This document shows positions 13,581 to 26,450 of a stretch of DNA of 64,000 nucleotides, piece by piece. Origin of the DNA: Geosiphon pyriformis uo1 (lineage: Eukaryota; Fungi; Glomeromycota). The stretch is from the NCBI GenBank assembly GCA_016748015.1, contig JAAOMT010000570.1:66043-130042 (forward strand), read 5' to 3'. Below the pieces are notes generated by a model. It made no database searches, was not told where the DNA came from, and saw only the letters and a list, made by a program, of their open reading frames with translations. Each line of letters starts with the position of its first letter. The first letter of the stretch is position 1. The position numbers were made by a program, and so were the translations under genes.

Positions 13581-14829
13581 AATACCTTCCCCATTGTTAC
13601 TATATCATTTCAACTCTTGTTCCTTAGAGAGATTTGGTAGTGCAATGTATTGTTCATAGTTTAAATCGGAGTTTGTATCTGAGTTGGAATCATTGTTGTT
13701 GTCATTGCTATTTTGAATGGAGCTTGAACCATTGTTGTTATCGTCATTGTCAGAGTTTGAATCTCGATTGATCGGTGATTCTGATTCTAATGTGCAGCTG
13801 CTGATTGGTTCTTTCTCTTCTGGGATCGTGTAGATCATGTGTGGTAATGGATTGTAAATGAGATCACACTCATCGCAATAAGTCACAGGGAATTAGGCAG
13901 TGTTGACATAGTCGAGTGTTCAACTGCTCTAACCATTGTTCTTGTTCTTCCCTTGTGGGTGCTAATTCTTGGTAGTGTTCATGGAATTGTTCCAGATCCA
14001 GGAGGTTTATGATGGGTTCTGCATCCCAGTCAAGCTCTAAAGGTTCTGGAGGGTTGTTTTTGATTGTTTTTATCTTTTCTGGTGTCGCTTCTTCGATTTT
14101 TGCAAGTGCCATTTACCAAATTTCATCATCATCATGTGGACAACTGTCCAGTTGCTGCATGGCTCTTCTCCAGGCTGCTTCTATTGGGGTTTTTTTTCTT
14201 ACCCAGTCACTTATTAGAATCATGTATTGACACAACATGTCACACGTTCTTCCATGTCCTGGGATGTTGTTCCATATCCCTTTATCTAACAGGATCTCTC
14301 CACAAGCGAGACAAGGTTGATTATTTCATTTTCCTTGTCTCTTTGGTCGTCCAAAGTGTTTGAGTAAGCATAGACGACAGTAGAATTTTGTTGTGGTGTG
14401 GTATTCCTCATCATCGCCACAGCATGTACCTATTGACGACAATTTCTTGCCACAATCAACACATATAAGCTTAGGTCGACGATAGGTAGATCATTGTGGA
14501 ATAGTGTAGGTATTATTATAAGTGGTAATGGTTTGGGTGGTCTCTTCTTCTTTCCCTTTTCCTTTATTTTCTTTGGCCTCTTCCCATTCCCAGCTTGAAG
14601 TCAGTTCACTCTCGTCATTGTTGGTCCATGTCAAGTTATCAGTCTTCCAGATAAGTTCTTCCTTTTGTTTCCCTTTTCCCTTGTTGTTGTCATCCCAGGA
14701 GAGTATTGGCAGTAATTTGTTGTGTTCTTTGTTAGCCCATGACACTTGGTAGGCTTCCCAGGTAGGCTTCGGTTTCTCCTTGTTGAAGTCAATTAGTGGT
14801 GCCGTGGTGCTGGTAGCCTTGAAGTGGCC

Positions 14830-15200
14830 ACACATTGCTGGTACTTGTGTGTGTCTTTCATTCTAGCTGAGTATTAACTCTTGGGTCGTCCAATTGAGCA
14901 CAGCGTTGGTTTTGGACAGCCAGTCATTACTAACTAGGGCTTGGTATTAGGTGGCATCCATTACTAAGACTTTGATGAGTACTATGATACTGTTAATTTC
15001 TATAGGAAAATCATCTATCTTGCCGATAAGTGTTTTGGTGGCGCCATCAGCAGTGATGATTCTAGTGCTGGCAGCTCAATCAACTCGGTGACCTAATTGA
15101 TCCATTAGCTGTCTTGTGATTATGCTGCCAGCTGATCCACTATCTAGGATGAGTTTGATGGGGTGACTATCAACTCTGGCATCCATGTACATTGCTGTTA
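14830..15200 (-). pseudogene. Retroviral-type aspartic protease domain (with stops)
   Basis: Minus strand reads IKLILDSGSAGSII...TADG...ALVSNDWL. Confidence 0.85.
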
Positions 15201-15333
15201 TGGGTTTCTCTTCGAGGGCAGCTTCACTGAATAACAGTATCAGTGTGTTTTCTTCAAGTTCAAAAGGAAAGATGGCTGCTAGGGATTTGTCGCTAGAGAT
15301 GGTTGCTGGTGAAATTGTGTTGGTAGGTACGTG

Positions 15334-17571
15334 CTAATTGAATTCTGTGTTGTTAGATGTGACATCTTCTGGGGTAACCAGGAGACTTAAATACTGTTGG
15401 GAATTTGGGTTTTGGATGTAACTGGTATCCAAATTCCGGGTGCGTGATCCTGATGGTGGGTTTAGCGAACTGAAGATCAGTTGGTGAACAACCATTGCTG
15501 ATCTCCAATTTTGAGTGACTCTGGATTGAAGGTTGCCTGCTGTCATTTGAGCTGAGTTCTGGGTTGGTGTTTGAATAAGTTGGGGTTGATAGATAATTTG
15601 TGGCTGTGGTTGATATATTACTTGTGGCTGTGGTTGATGAATTGGAGGTTGATATACTGGTGGTTGATAGATTGTTTGCTGCGTCATGGGCAGGTAATTA
15701 TTTTGATATTGGTCTTGACTCTGATTTGGATAATGATTTGGAGTTTGGAATCAGTGATCGGAGTTTCAATATTGATTTCCTGATTGTTGGTTATTTAGAC
15801 GCTAATAACAGTCAATTTGGATATGTCCTTGTTTACTACAATAGTGGCAGATATGCATTTCTTGTTGCCACTGTCGATTGGTTGATGGAGATAGACATGG
15901 TTGATTTTGGGCACGATTAGAGTTTCCTTGATTATTGCATCATTGTGGAGGCTGATAAATGGCGTAATTGTCAGCTAAGTATCCTTCCAATCTCTTATTA
16001 ATTGATTCACTGAACTTCTCCAATTTGGAATCCAATTCAGATGATCCATTCATTACTAGATTAACGGCTTGGACGTGGTTAGCCTCTGACTCAGCAGATT
16101 CAAAATCTCTGGCATGTGTGACTGCATCTTGAAGGGTGCCTGGATGCAATGGACATACATGTTGCAAGATGCTGCTGCGTAGACCATGGATAAACTGATT
16201 GAGTATCTGTGGTGCTGTGAAATAGTTGGCATCAATTGCTTGAATTTGGCATAGGTTTCGATGGAAGTGTCTTAGGTAAGTAGTGACTGCTTCAGTTTCT
16301 CCTTGTTTCATGGTAGTGAATGCATTGACTAGGCAATTGATGCTGTTATTGTTGCTAAAGTATCTTAGGAATTCTGCTTTGAAGGCATTAAAATCTTGTG
16401 GTTTATTAATCAAGCTCTGGTACCATGAATCGGCAGTATCTTTGAGAAAGTAGGGAATGGCTTGCATTGCTCGAGTGTCATTCCATCCATTGGCTACAAT
16501 GGCCTTTTCTATATCATTCAGCCATATTTGAGCATCATCCTTTTTGCCCATAAAGTTGTCAAGTTTTGCAATTGGTGCATAGGCCATTGGATCTAAGTTA
16601 GGTGGTTGTGGTGGCTGTTGAAGCAATTGTTGTTGTTCTGGCTGTTGGAGTGGTAGCTAAAGTGGCTGCTGTATGGGTTCGGCTATGAGATTAATTGGTG
16701 GTTGATTGATGACAATTACTGGAGGTAAGTTTTGCTGATTAATTAATTTGGGTTTTTGATTTTTTTGATTTGACGGCGTTCAAATATTCGGAGTTTCAAT
16801 TTCCAGATTTTCTAACTATTGCTGAGTTTAAAGGTTCGGGGTTTCAACTTCTGGGTTTTCAGTGATTGGGTGCTGGTAAGTGAATTCTTGATCCTCTGAT
16901 TTTTCTTCCTCCTTTTCTGATTCCGCTGCTTTCCACGGATCAGAGATTCCGAAATCTGGTGGAGACGGTGGTGATCAAAGTCCTGATGGGGTTGATAATC
17001 GCGAATTAAATCCCTCAAAATATTTGCCATATAGTCCTAACAATTCTGTTTTCTTTTGTCTACTTTAGAATGGGAATTGTTCAAATGCTGATGTCGCAGT
17101 CGATGGGAACACGTCTGTTGATGATATGTTGATGGCACTTCTAGGTGTATAGTGGTAGGATGGATTGCTTGGAGATTCAACTCTGTTTTTCTTCCAAGCA
17201 GGTGGCTGTATTTTTCTGGGTGTTACTGCTGGTGTTTGTAATTTTCCCTTGCCTTTACTAGCGTATGTAATTGGATATCTTTGTTGAGTGTGGTGTTTAA
17301 TTTTTTTGTTGATCTCAGTGATGATGAATGCAAAATTATGGTTTGTTGGTAGGTTGGTGTTTTGAATTAATTTTTTATAGAAAGTTTCTCTTGTTGATTC
17401 AGTATTTACTGGTGTACCTAATAAAGAGGAAATTTTTTTGTTGACGTAGAAATTAAAGGCTGATTCGGCGGATATATGATTGTGGTTTAATCCCAAGTAT
17501 TGACAATAGTGTTGAAATAAAGATTTTGCGAATCCTAAATGGTTTGCTCCTATAATTTCTGATTCTGCCAT
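15334..17571 (-). pseudogene. gag region (N-terminal extension, capsid-like domain, CCHC zinc knuckle), disrupted
   Basis: ORFs 17065-17571 and 15940-16626 (retrotransposon gag-like, KQGETEAV). CHYCSKQGHIQIDC at about 15808-15849. Confidence 0.85.
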
Positions 17572-17614
17572 TTTTGGTCTGGTGTTGTTGGTGCTGGTTC
17601 TCTGTAGGATTATA

Positions 17615-17631
17615 CCTTACAGAGAACACCA
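17615..17631 (-). promoter_or_regulatory. Primer-binding site
   Basis: TGGTGTTCTCTGTAAGG begins 2 nt after the 5' LTR. TGG is complementary to a tRNA CCA end. The cognate tRNA was not identified. Confidence 0.75.
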
Positions 17632-17633
17632 AA

Positions 17634-18521
17634 TGTTACAGGTGATTATTTCTGTTGTGGAATTGAATAACAACCCTGTAACTTGGTGCTTAAAAGCTAC
17701 TTTCGTGAATGATATGTAGAAGGTATGATATCTGAAGGTTTTGGTTGATCTGAAGGTTTTGTTGTAGAGTTTTTTGTATAATAGACAGAGATTCAATAAG
17801 GTTGATAGTGGTTGTATTCTCAAGTGGTTTTCCCAATTTCTTTCTTAGCATGGTGGCTGGATTTAGTCTAGTAGTCGTGCCCTTCTGGTAAGCTATTTGA
17901 TAATATATATAAAGTTCTACCCTTATTTCTGGGTCTTTTACCAGGCTATCTTTGACATCAATAACTCAGCGCTTAATCTTTTAATCAATTAGTATACAAC
18001 AACAAAATCAAAGAAAGAAAAAAAATAAAAGAAAATAAAAATAAAAAAAATGAAGAAAATAAACCAAGGCAATTTGGTTTATTAGTATCTCGTCAATAGC
18101 CATAATCAAGAGCTATTGTTCCAGCATAGTTAAGTAGCAATTACTATCCACATAAAGTGTTGATAGTGAATAGTAGATTGAGATATAGAATAATTATTTA
18201 TTTGATGATTGGTTTCTTGACTAAGAATTCTGTGGTATCGATTCTATCTTTTCTGTTTCTAACACTACTACTATATATACATAATTAGGATTCCTCAATT
18301 CCTCGATTCTTCACGACAGGAATTCTGGAATTCCTGGAATCCTGCGATTCCTTTGAGAGAAATTCTGGAATTCTGGAATCCTGCAATTCCTCATTGGGAA
18401 TCCTGAAATTCCTGGAATCCTGCAATTCCTGAGAGGAATTCTGGAATTCCACATTTACTACACTTACTTCTGATTGGCTAATAATTATGCTAATATATTT
18501 CTTATATTTCTATGAATAACA
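17634..18521 (-). repeat. 5' LTR (888 bp) with U3 tandem repeats
   Basis: Direct repeat of 10891-11662, with extra GGAATTCCTGGAATCCTGC-type repeats at about 18319-18450. Confidence 0.95.
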
Positions 18522-19039
18522 GTATTTACTTAAAAACATAATAACAAGTATGCTAGCATCTTTTAATATATTTTAAAAAACAATTAAAAAAATTTTACTT
18601 ATAAACAAAAACCTGTTATATAGAAAACAATTAGAGCTTTATAGTCAATTTGGTAAAACCAATAAAAACATGAAACTTATAAAAAAACAACTTTAGAAAT
18701 ACAAATAAAAATTCTAAGTATTATATAGTTAGATGTCTTAAGAGTTTTAACTATTATCAGAAAAGCCAAGACTCTTATACAAAAATTTCATTTCTTGGAC
18801 ACAAAACTTATTTTATTCCAAGTATTATATATTTTATTTACAAAAAACTTTATCAAACTAGTTAGTTTTAAATTAAACAAAACTTTTTAATTTGAATATT
18901 CTATAAATAGTTTGATTTTGTTAAAGCTTAATCTCTTTGGAAAGAATAATATTATGGTTAAAAACTATAATATTTATTAATTATTACATATATTAGTCAT
19001 TAATGTTACATAATTAGCCATTTTATTTTTAGATAATAA

Positions 19040-19180
19040 TTATTGATCTGATTAATGACTTAACTGTTGATTTGATTATTAACTTAATTATTAATCTGAT
19101 TATTGAATTGATTATTAACCTAATTATTAAATTGATTATTGATCTGATCATTAATCTGGTTATTAACCTGGTTATTAACT
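19040..19180. repeat. Degenerate 12-bp tandem repeat (TTATTGACCTGA-like)
   Basis: About 11 imperfect units such as ttattaacctgg and ttattgatctga, within TE debris. Confidence 0.6.
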
Positions 19181-19739
19181 ACTTTTAATTACTATATAAG
19201 TAATAAATTCTTTAGTTATAACAATATTAATGATTAAATATAAAAAATATAAAAAATAAAATAATAACTATTATCTTAATTCTTCTTATATTGCTTATTT
19301 CTTTTTTTTTATCTTTAAGTATTTAAATATCTTAGAATAAAAAATTACTTGTTGGCATTTTTTTACTTTTTTTTTAATTTATGTAATTGTAATATTTAAA
19401 GATTATTGAATAAAACATAATTGAAAAACATATTTAATACTTAATATTAAATTTTAAAAACATCAACATAAGACATAAAATTATACCAGTATATTATTAT
19501 TTGTTAATAGTACAGACTATTTTTCTACTTTCAGATTCTCTTATTATTTTTTGAAAAAAATAATAACTGAAATATTTTATAAGACTAATTTCATATATTA
19601 AATCTATATTTATTTAATTTACTTCTTACAGTTGAATTTTTTTAATTTATTCTATCATCATACAATCTTGTTCTTTTTTACTATCTATTAGCTTGTTACT
19701 TTAACCTATAATATTATTAATTAAATTTTTGTCTATTAT

Positions 19740-19864
19740 ACAAAGAACTTAACTAAAATTTTCAGACTTTAAAATCTTTAGAAATTACTATTATTAACAA
19801 CTATTAAGCATTAAGTTATGAGTTTATTATTTGTTTTAATACTCCAAATAATTACTTGTAATAA
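19740..19864 (+). mobile_element. Decayed LTR end fragment, same family
   Basis: Matches the end of solo LTR 8392-9175 (...tttgttttaatactccaaataattacttgtaata). Confidence 0.55.
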
Positions 19865-19869
19865 TATAC

Positions 19870-22800
19870 TAATTAAAACTAAATTTTTATTAACAAACTG
19901 TTTAAACACAACAACCAAAAAATCAACTAACTTGATAATAAATTTAATCAATATAAAAAACTTAACCAAATCAGCCTTTAAAAAAATTAACTAAAAAAAC
20001 CATAGAATTACTAGCTATTATATTAGCAGAAAAAGCAAAATCAACCAAAGAACTAAAAACTAAAAAAAACACAGAAATAATAGTTTTAGCATAAAATTTA
20101 ATACCAATAAAATAAGACACAAAAGTCTTGAAAAACTTAAAAAAAAAAATAAAGACACTTTATAATTAATAGCCAAATAATTTAAGTTTTGGTATTTAAA
20201 ACAACATTGATATTTAAAAGTTTTTTATTAAATGTAATATTTTTTCAAAATACCAATTTTAATAATAGCAATATCTAAATTATTCTATAAGCCAAATATA
20301 ATTAAAACAAACTAAAAATAACAACCAGAATTAAATAAGCAAAGTATAAAACAAGTTTGACTACCAATCTAAAAAATTATATTATTAATTTTAAAAACAG
20401 TATAATCAAGAAAAAAGTTAATTAATTTGGTCTTAAACTTATTATAAAACAGAATAGTTTTATTTTGATTTACTAAAAAAAAAATTCTATTATTATTCTT
20501 GCTTAATAAAACTAACCAATAATTCAGAACAAATATAACAGTATCTAAATTTTTAAAATAAACAATTATATATTGCCAAATGCCAGTAGACTTTAATACA
20601 ATATAAGAAACTTTATTAAATACACTAAAAGCTGTCTTAATATTAGCAGCAGATATATTTAAAAACACATTATACAGTACAATAACAACAAAAAAAGAAC
20701 TAGACTCAGAAATCATCAAAAATTTGGCAATTTTAAAAGTGACCAAATAAACAGAGCTTGTAAGTTCAACCAAAAAAACAACATCCAAAAATTTTTAAAA
20801 AGCAAACTTCAAACAAAAAAGCTTCATATTGTTCTTAGAAACAAATTTTGTGTTCAAAAAATTATATACAGACTGAAAAATAGTCTTAACATAAGTTAAT
20901 TTAATTTTGAAAGTTGTACAAGCATCAAAGTAGAGACTATTCATTCAGTAAACTTTAATAATCAGTAATGGTTTTTTAAGTATTATTAATAATAATACCA
21001 AAAACCAAAGAAAATAATTCAGTTTTTATTTATTTAGTTTAATTCTTAAAAACAGATAATTAAAGTTCTAATGTTTGGTTTAGTTTAGTTTAAATTCAAT
21101 TAAATCATTAAACTAAACTAAACTTGAACAAAAGATTTAACAAAATTTCAAACTTGAACTTGAACTAGACTTAAAATTACCAAACTTGAATCAAATCCAA
21201 ACATATGTAATAAGTCTGATTTAAGTTTAATTTAAAGTTCATAAACATGTTCAAATTTGATTATTAAAAACATTATATTATATTATATTATTATTTAATT
21301 TTTTTTTAATGGTTCTAATATTTATAATTAAAAACACTGTGTTGCTCTTATAATTTTAAGCATTAAACAAGACTTCATATCTGTAATCATATTTCTATTT
21401 GTAAAAAAGCATATTTAGAAGCAACAGATAATCTTTGAATTGCCAAATAATTACAAATCATATATATAAAACAAAGAAATTGTGTTTAATATGTCTAAAT
21501 ATTAAATTATTAATAAAATATTAATTTAAATAAATATTTTTTGTAATATATCTTCTACTATGCTATTATATTTATTTCCCTATTGATCATTTTTTTAAAG
21601 ATTTAATGATTAATTTTATTAAGTTTTTCTTTTTTATCATCATTAAAATTTGCTTCTAATATGAATTGTGTAATTAATATTATAATATTATTAAAATTGT
21701 TATTCAACAAAAAACTGTCATTTGATGTTGATATAATATTTAGTATATACTTTATTTTAAGGAAAGTATGTATTCTAAAAATTTATTTATTATGTAAAAA
21801 TTGGAAAATAAAACTGTTTGAATAAATTAATAACTTATAATTCTTTTATTTTATTAATATTATTATTCAAAAATTCTTTTTTTGTGAAATAATAAAATTT
21901 TCTCTTTGAATCTAATACAATACAGAACATTACAGTTATATTTGTTTTAGAGTAATATTTAACCAATTTTCTTTTTACTGTTCTAGCCATTATAACAAAT
22001 AATAGATCTAATATTAAATATGTTAAATAAATAACTAAATAAATACAATCAAAATTATAATACTTTACCAGATTTATTATTATCAACTGTGTTTTTGATG
22101 TGATTAAAAATAATATTAAAAAAGAGAATAATTAAAGAGGCAGTATTATTTAAACTAGTTAATATTTTGGTCATAATATTTTTAAATAGTTTAAAGAATT
22201 TAGTAATTTTATTAAAAACAGCTTATTGATTATGTAAAATAGCATATTGATAGAGATTAATATGAATGTTAATAAGGGTGTTTAATGTCTATAAATTTAC
22301 AGTTAGAATTTTTGTATTCAAATATACAGAATCAGAAAAAAATAACTTGCTAATTTAAGAAATAACCTATTTTTGACCATATTATAAGTAGAATTCTACT
22401 AAGTGAGATAATTCAGAATGAGTTTATAATATTTAATTTGATATATATTACTGATGCATTTAAGAAGCTTAAAATATTGAGGCAAAATACAGATTGCAAA
22501 GTTAAGTTTTTTAATTTTTAATTTATATAAAATTTACATTAAAAAAATTTCAGGTAAATATATTCAGTTTGGGTTTTTAACAATACTTTGGAAACATTAT
22601 TTTTTATTTTATTTAAAGCTGTTCATACTATTAAATTTAGAATATTAAAGCATTGAAATTGAAGATTTTTTAAGTTTTATTAAATGTTTTTCTTTTCTAA
22701 TTTTTTTATTAACTTTTTTATAAAAGTATTATTGTTTACAGTATTATTAAAAGTAATAACAAAAAGCTGTCAAAAAAAAATTAGGTTATAACTAATAAAA

Positions 22801-24940
22801 TTAATAGTAAACTTATATAAAAAAAAGTTAAATATAATTTTTTTTAAACTTTTTTTTTAACTTTTTTGGCTGAAAATTTGGCTTAAGACAATATGAAAAC
22901 CACTTAAATTAATATTAAAAAAATGTGGTTTTCAATAATATGAACATTATAATAATTCTAAGCCTTAGATAATACTAATGCTAAAAATTAAGCTCTAAAA
23001 CAATAATAAAAACCAACTTAAGTCAACAATAAGAAAATACAATTTTTGATAATATAGATATTATAATAACTTTGAGTTTTAGATAATACTAATATGCTGC
23101 ATAGTATGTTAATCTTATTATTAGTTATTAACTAATCCAAATTTATGTAAAAATATACATATATATCTTTGATATAATTCTATAATCTTTTAATATTTTA
23201 AAAAATCCATTTACAATATTTATTCTATCATATCATCTACTTATTAATTCAAAATTAATTATTGTTTATTAAAAGTTCTAATTGTTATTGATATAATAAA
23301 CAATAATGAAAACAAAAGCTTTGTTATTAAAAAATGTTTAGAAATCTAATATAAAAAAAATATTAGACTTGATAATATTTAAGTATGTCTATTATGTTAT
23401 AAATATAAATAAAAAAAAAGAACATTTTATAATAAAGATAGTACTTATTTTTAATTTTTGTCTATCCAAGACATAGAGTTCTATGATTTTATTTTTAATT
23501 AAATTAGCACAAACAAATTGAAAAATAGGGTTTAAATATTAAAATATTTTAATTAATTTAGAGTCTTTTATTATAAGAAGTAGTAGTTAACAGTTAATAG
23601 CCAAATAATAATCATATTACAAAGTTTTTTATTGTCAATATCAATAGTAGTTACTACAGAAGATTAGAACAGTTTTCTAGTTAAATTGGCCAAAAATTAT
23701 TAAAAAAAAAGCAATATTATTTGTTGAACTATTTTTTTAATTGACTTGTAATATTTTTAAACATTTTGCCTTTTTTTATAATATTCTTCTATCATAATAT
23801 ATACTATCTAATAGAAAGTCTTTAAATAATACTATAAGAGTTTGGTAGTGTTTATAGTTCTATAAGAAAATAGTTTATGTACATATTTTAAAACTGTACA
23901 TTTAATTGTTTTTTTTTTCATTTACTTAAATTTATTAAAATAGTTTCATACTTTATTCTAAAAACTATGTTTACCAAATATATTAATATTTAGACTATTT
24001 GGATTATTAAATTCTATTATTTCGAATTTTAAATCTTTGGTAATATTAGATAATACTAACAATGAATTTATTTTGGTAAGTTGAAGAGTAAAGTTGTTAC
24101 ATATACATAGTTTTATATTTTTTTTTAACTAATTATAATAATTAAACAAAATAATAATTAATAAACAAGTAGTACAAGTTATATTTTTTTTTAATTCTAT
24201 TAAACTTTAAACAAGTTTGTAAATTTTGAACCAGACTTAAACCAAACTTAAACTTGTCAAAAAAATTTAATATTAAACTTGAACTAAACTTATTTTGAAA
24301 AATTGGTTTGGTTCAGTTTAATTTGATTGAAATCCTATAAATAATTCAATAAAAGATCTTTGTTTTGTTTTCAAAACTAGTAAGAATCTGTTTAAAGACA
24401 TCATATTTGACAATACAGTTAGTAATTAATTTTAGCTTATATTAAACAATATGCTAAATAATACAATAAAAATCTTATCTAAAATTACAAAAAAATTTAG
24501 TGTAATAATAATAGAAACAAGTAACTGTTCTTGCTTTTAGAAATTTTTGGCTTTTTTGGCCATTTTCAAAAAAATAGTATTAGTAACACTAAATATAATA
24601 GCAATAATTAAAAAAACTAGTTTGTTAACTAGTCTACTATTAAAAACTTTTGAATTTTTAATAGAAATAGAGGCAACACTAAAATTAACTTAAATATGTT
24701 TCTTAAAGAAAATTTTAACTGGTAAAAAACCAGCCAAAAATAAAAAAAATGCTTTAAAGACTACTAAAAACAGTTTTTTACTATCAATACTTAAAGAAAA
24801 AGTTTTTAAAACATTCTGTTTAGCTGTTTTTACAACAAAAAAAACTTTTCTGGTTAAAACTTTATTAGATATCTTAAAAAAGATATTAAATACAGTTTTT
24901 TTACTCTTTGTTTTAATTGTGATTATAAAATTAAGATGAC
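19870..24940 (-). mobile_element. Second half-LINE-family ORF1 copy, split by a hAT insertion and truncated at its 3' end
   Basis: ORF 20369-20788 is homologous to 4216-4527. Segment 24346-24930 is reverse-complement homologous to 3440-4050, and the homology resumes at 21052. Confidence 0.8.
21061..24337 (-). mobile_element. hAT (Ac-like) DNA transposon, decayed
   Basis: TIRs TAAAGTTCTAAT and TAGGATTTCAAT(rc), consensus about TAGGGTTCCAAT. 8-bp TSD CAGATAAT/TAAATAAT. Subterminal AAACT(T)RAAC repeats. Minus-strand relic of the hAT dimerisation motif (NYLAIQRLSVASKYAF, cf. DYLAIQGSSVASERAFS) at about 21365-21480. Confidence 0.85.
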
Positions 24941-25554
24941 AAAAATAATATTTTTATATTATTGTAATAAATAGTAATAAAATTATTTTAAAAACTGATT
25001 TGTAATTAATATATGTTATAAATAACAAAAAAAATTATAAAGCTAAAAAAACAAATATTAGTAATAATAATTAATAATTAGTAATAGCAAATATTTTATT
25101 GTATGATAATTATTTTTTAATATTTAAAATATATTATTTTTTTATGTTATTATAAACAATTTATAATTTTAAGTAATTATTTTAAAATTAATAAAGTAAT
25201 TTGTAATAATTTATAAATATAACTAAATACAATAATTAAATTATAAAACATTTGCTAAAATTAAATAAATAAATTATATTCTGTTAATATTAACTATTTG
25301 TTTATTTATTATTATTATAATTTTAACTTTTTTTTATATTTGAAAAGTTAATTAATAAAATATATGAAATTTGCAAAAAATGTAAATAAATGTTTTCAAG
25401 GATATTAAAAGTAAAAATAAACAATATAAAGTAAATTAAATTAAATTAAATTAAAAAATTTATTAGAAGCAATTAACATTAATAATATTTCTATATTTTT
25501 TGGTTTTTAAAAACAATTAATAAATTTTTATGAATAATTACAACATTATATACT

Positions 25555-25965
25555 AGTGTAGTCAAGTTCTTAATGATGCTGTCGCGTCGGGTCGCCTATA
25601 TATGGCTGTGGCCAAGGGTTTTGTTTTCAAGGATTGGTATAGGAAGTCTTTTTCGCATCGTGAATTTTGTTCGTGGTTTTGTTGTTGAACATAGGGACCG
25701 CATTTAGTTGCCGAACTCCAGGCTCAGGGTGGAATATGAGAGAATGGATCTGATAATGAGGAGCGATTTTGTTCTGCCCAGTGTTCGTGGCCTGACAGTG
25801 GTTGAGTCATGGTTTGTCGGTTTCAGATGAATTTTGTAGTGCTTTCTGGGGCAGGTGGTTTGTCGCCCGAGTGGCTGGTCACATGTAAGCAAGGTGTGAG
25901 CCACACCTATTTTAGAGTATTTTCTTTGCTGTATTGTGGTAGGCAGTGGTTGGGCTACATTCGTA
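25555..25965 (+). mobile_element. Short LINE 3'-region fragment retaining CpGs
   Basis: Translates LYMAVAKGFVFKDWY...VNFVRGF, similar to ALFKSFVFNGWF...AEFVCSL in ORF 2367-2768. Confidence 0.6.
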
Positions 25966-26404
25966 AAATAATAATAATTATAAAACTAGTATTTATTTAA
26001 TCTAATCAATTTTTTTAAGAAATATTTTTGAACTACGACTTTAAATATTTTCAAAAAGTAATAAATGGATTTCACATGAAAAATAACATACTTTACAAGT
26101 AATAATAAATGCATTTTACAAAGAAAGAGATAAAGAAACCACAAAAAAATATATTCTAAAGTTTCTATTGTTTGCTTGCACAAAATTTTAAAATGTCTCA
26201 ATTTGGATTAATTTTTGTTTTGCAAAAACTTTTGCCAAGGTCTGTTGTATTAAACTCATAAGAATTGATTAATTTGGAGTACAGGATAAGGTATTCTATT
26301 TGGAAAGATATTTTTTAAAAAAAAACATGCAACTGTTAATTTAAAAAAACGAAAATAGAATCTAAGAAAATATTCTAGCGTATTTCCATCTATTTTATCA
26401 TTCC

Positions 26405-26450
26405 NNNNNNNNNNNNNNNNNNNNCCCCCCCCCCCCCCCCCCCCCCCCCC
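26405..26450. other. Assembly gap (20 N) followed by poly-C
   Basis: Seen directly. Confidence 0.95.

Larger units (their letters stand above)
10891..18521 (-). mobile_element. Ty3/gypsy LTR retrotransposon with dUTPase, internally deleted (no RNase H or integrase)
   Basis: Two TG...CA LTRs, 4-bp TSD GTAT (10887-10890 and 18522-18525), PBS, PPT, gag with CCHC knuckle, protease, dUTPase and RT, all on the minus strand. Confidence 0.95.

Noticed and set aside
26425-26450. Poly-C tract as a G-quadruplex or telomere
   Set aside because: It abuts an assembly gap, so its length is unreliable.
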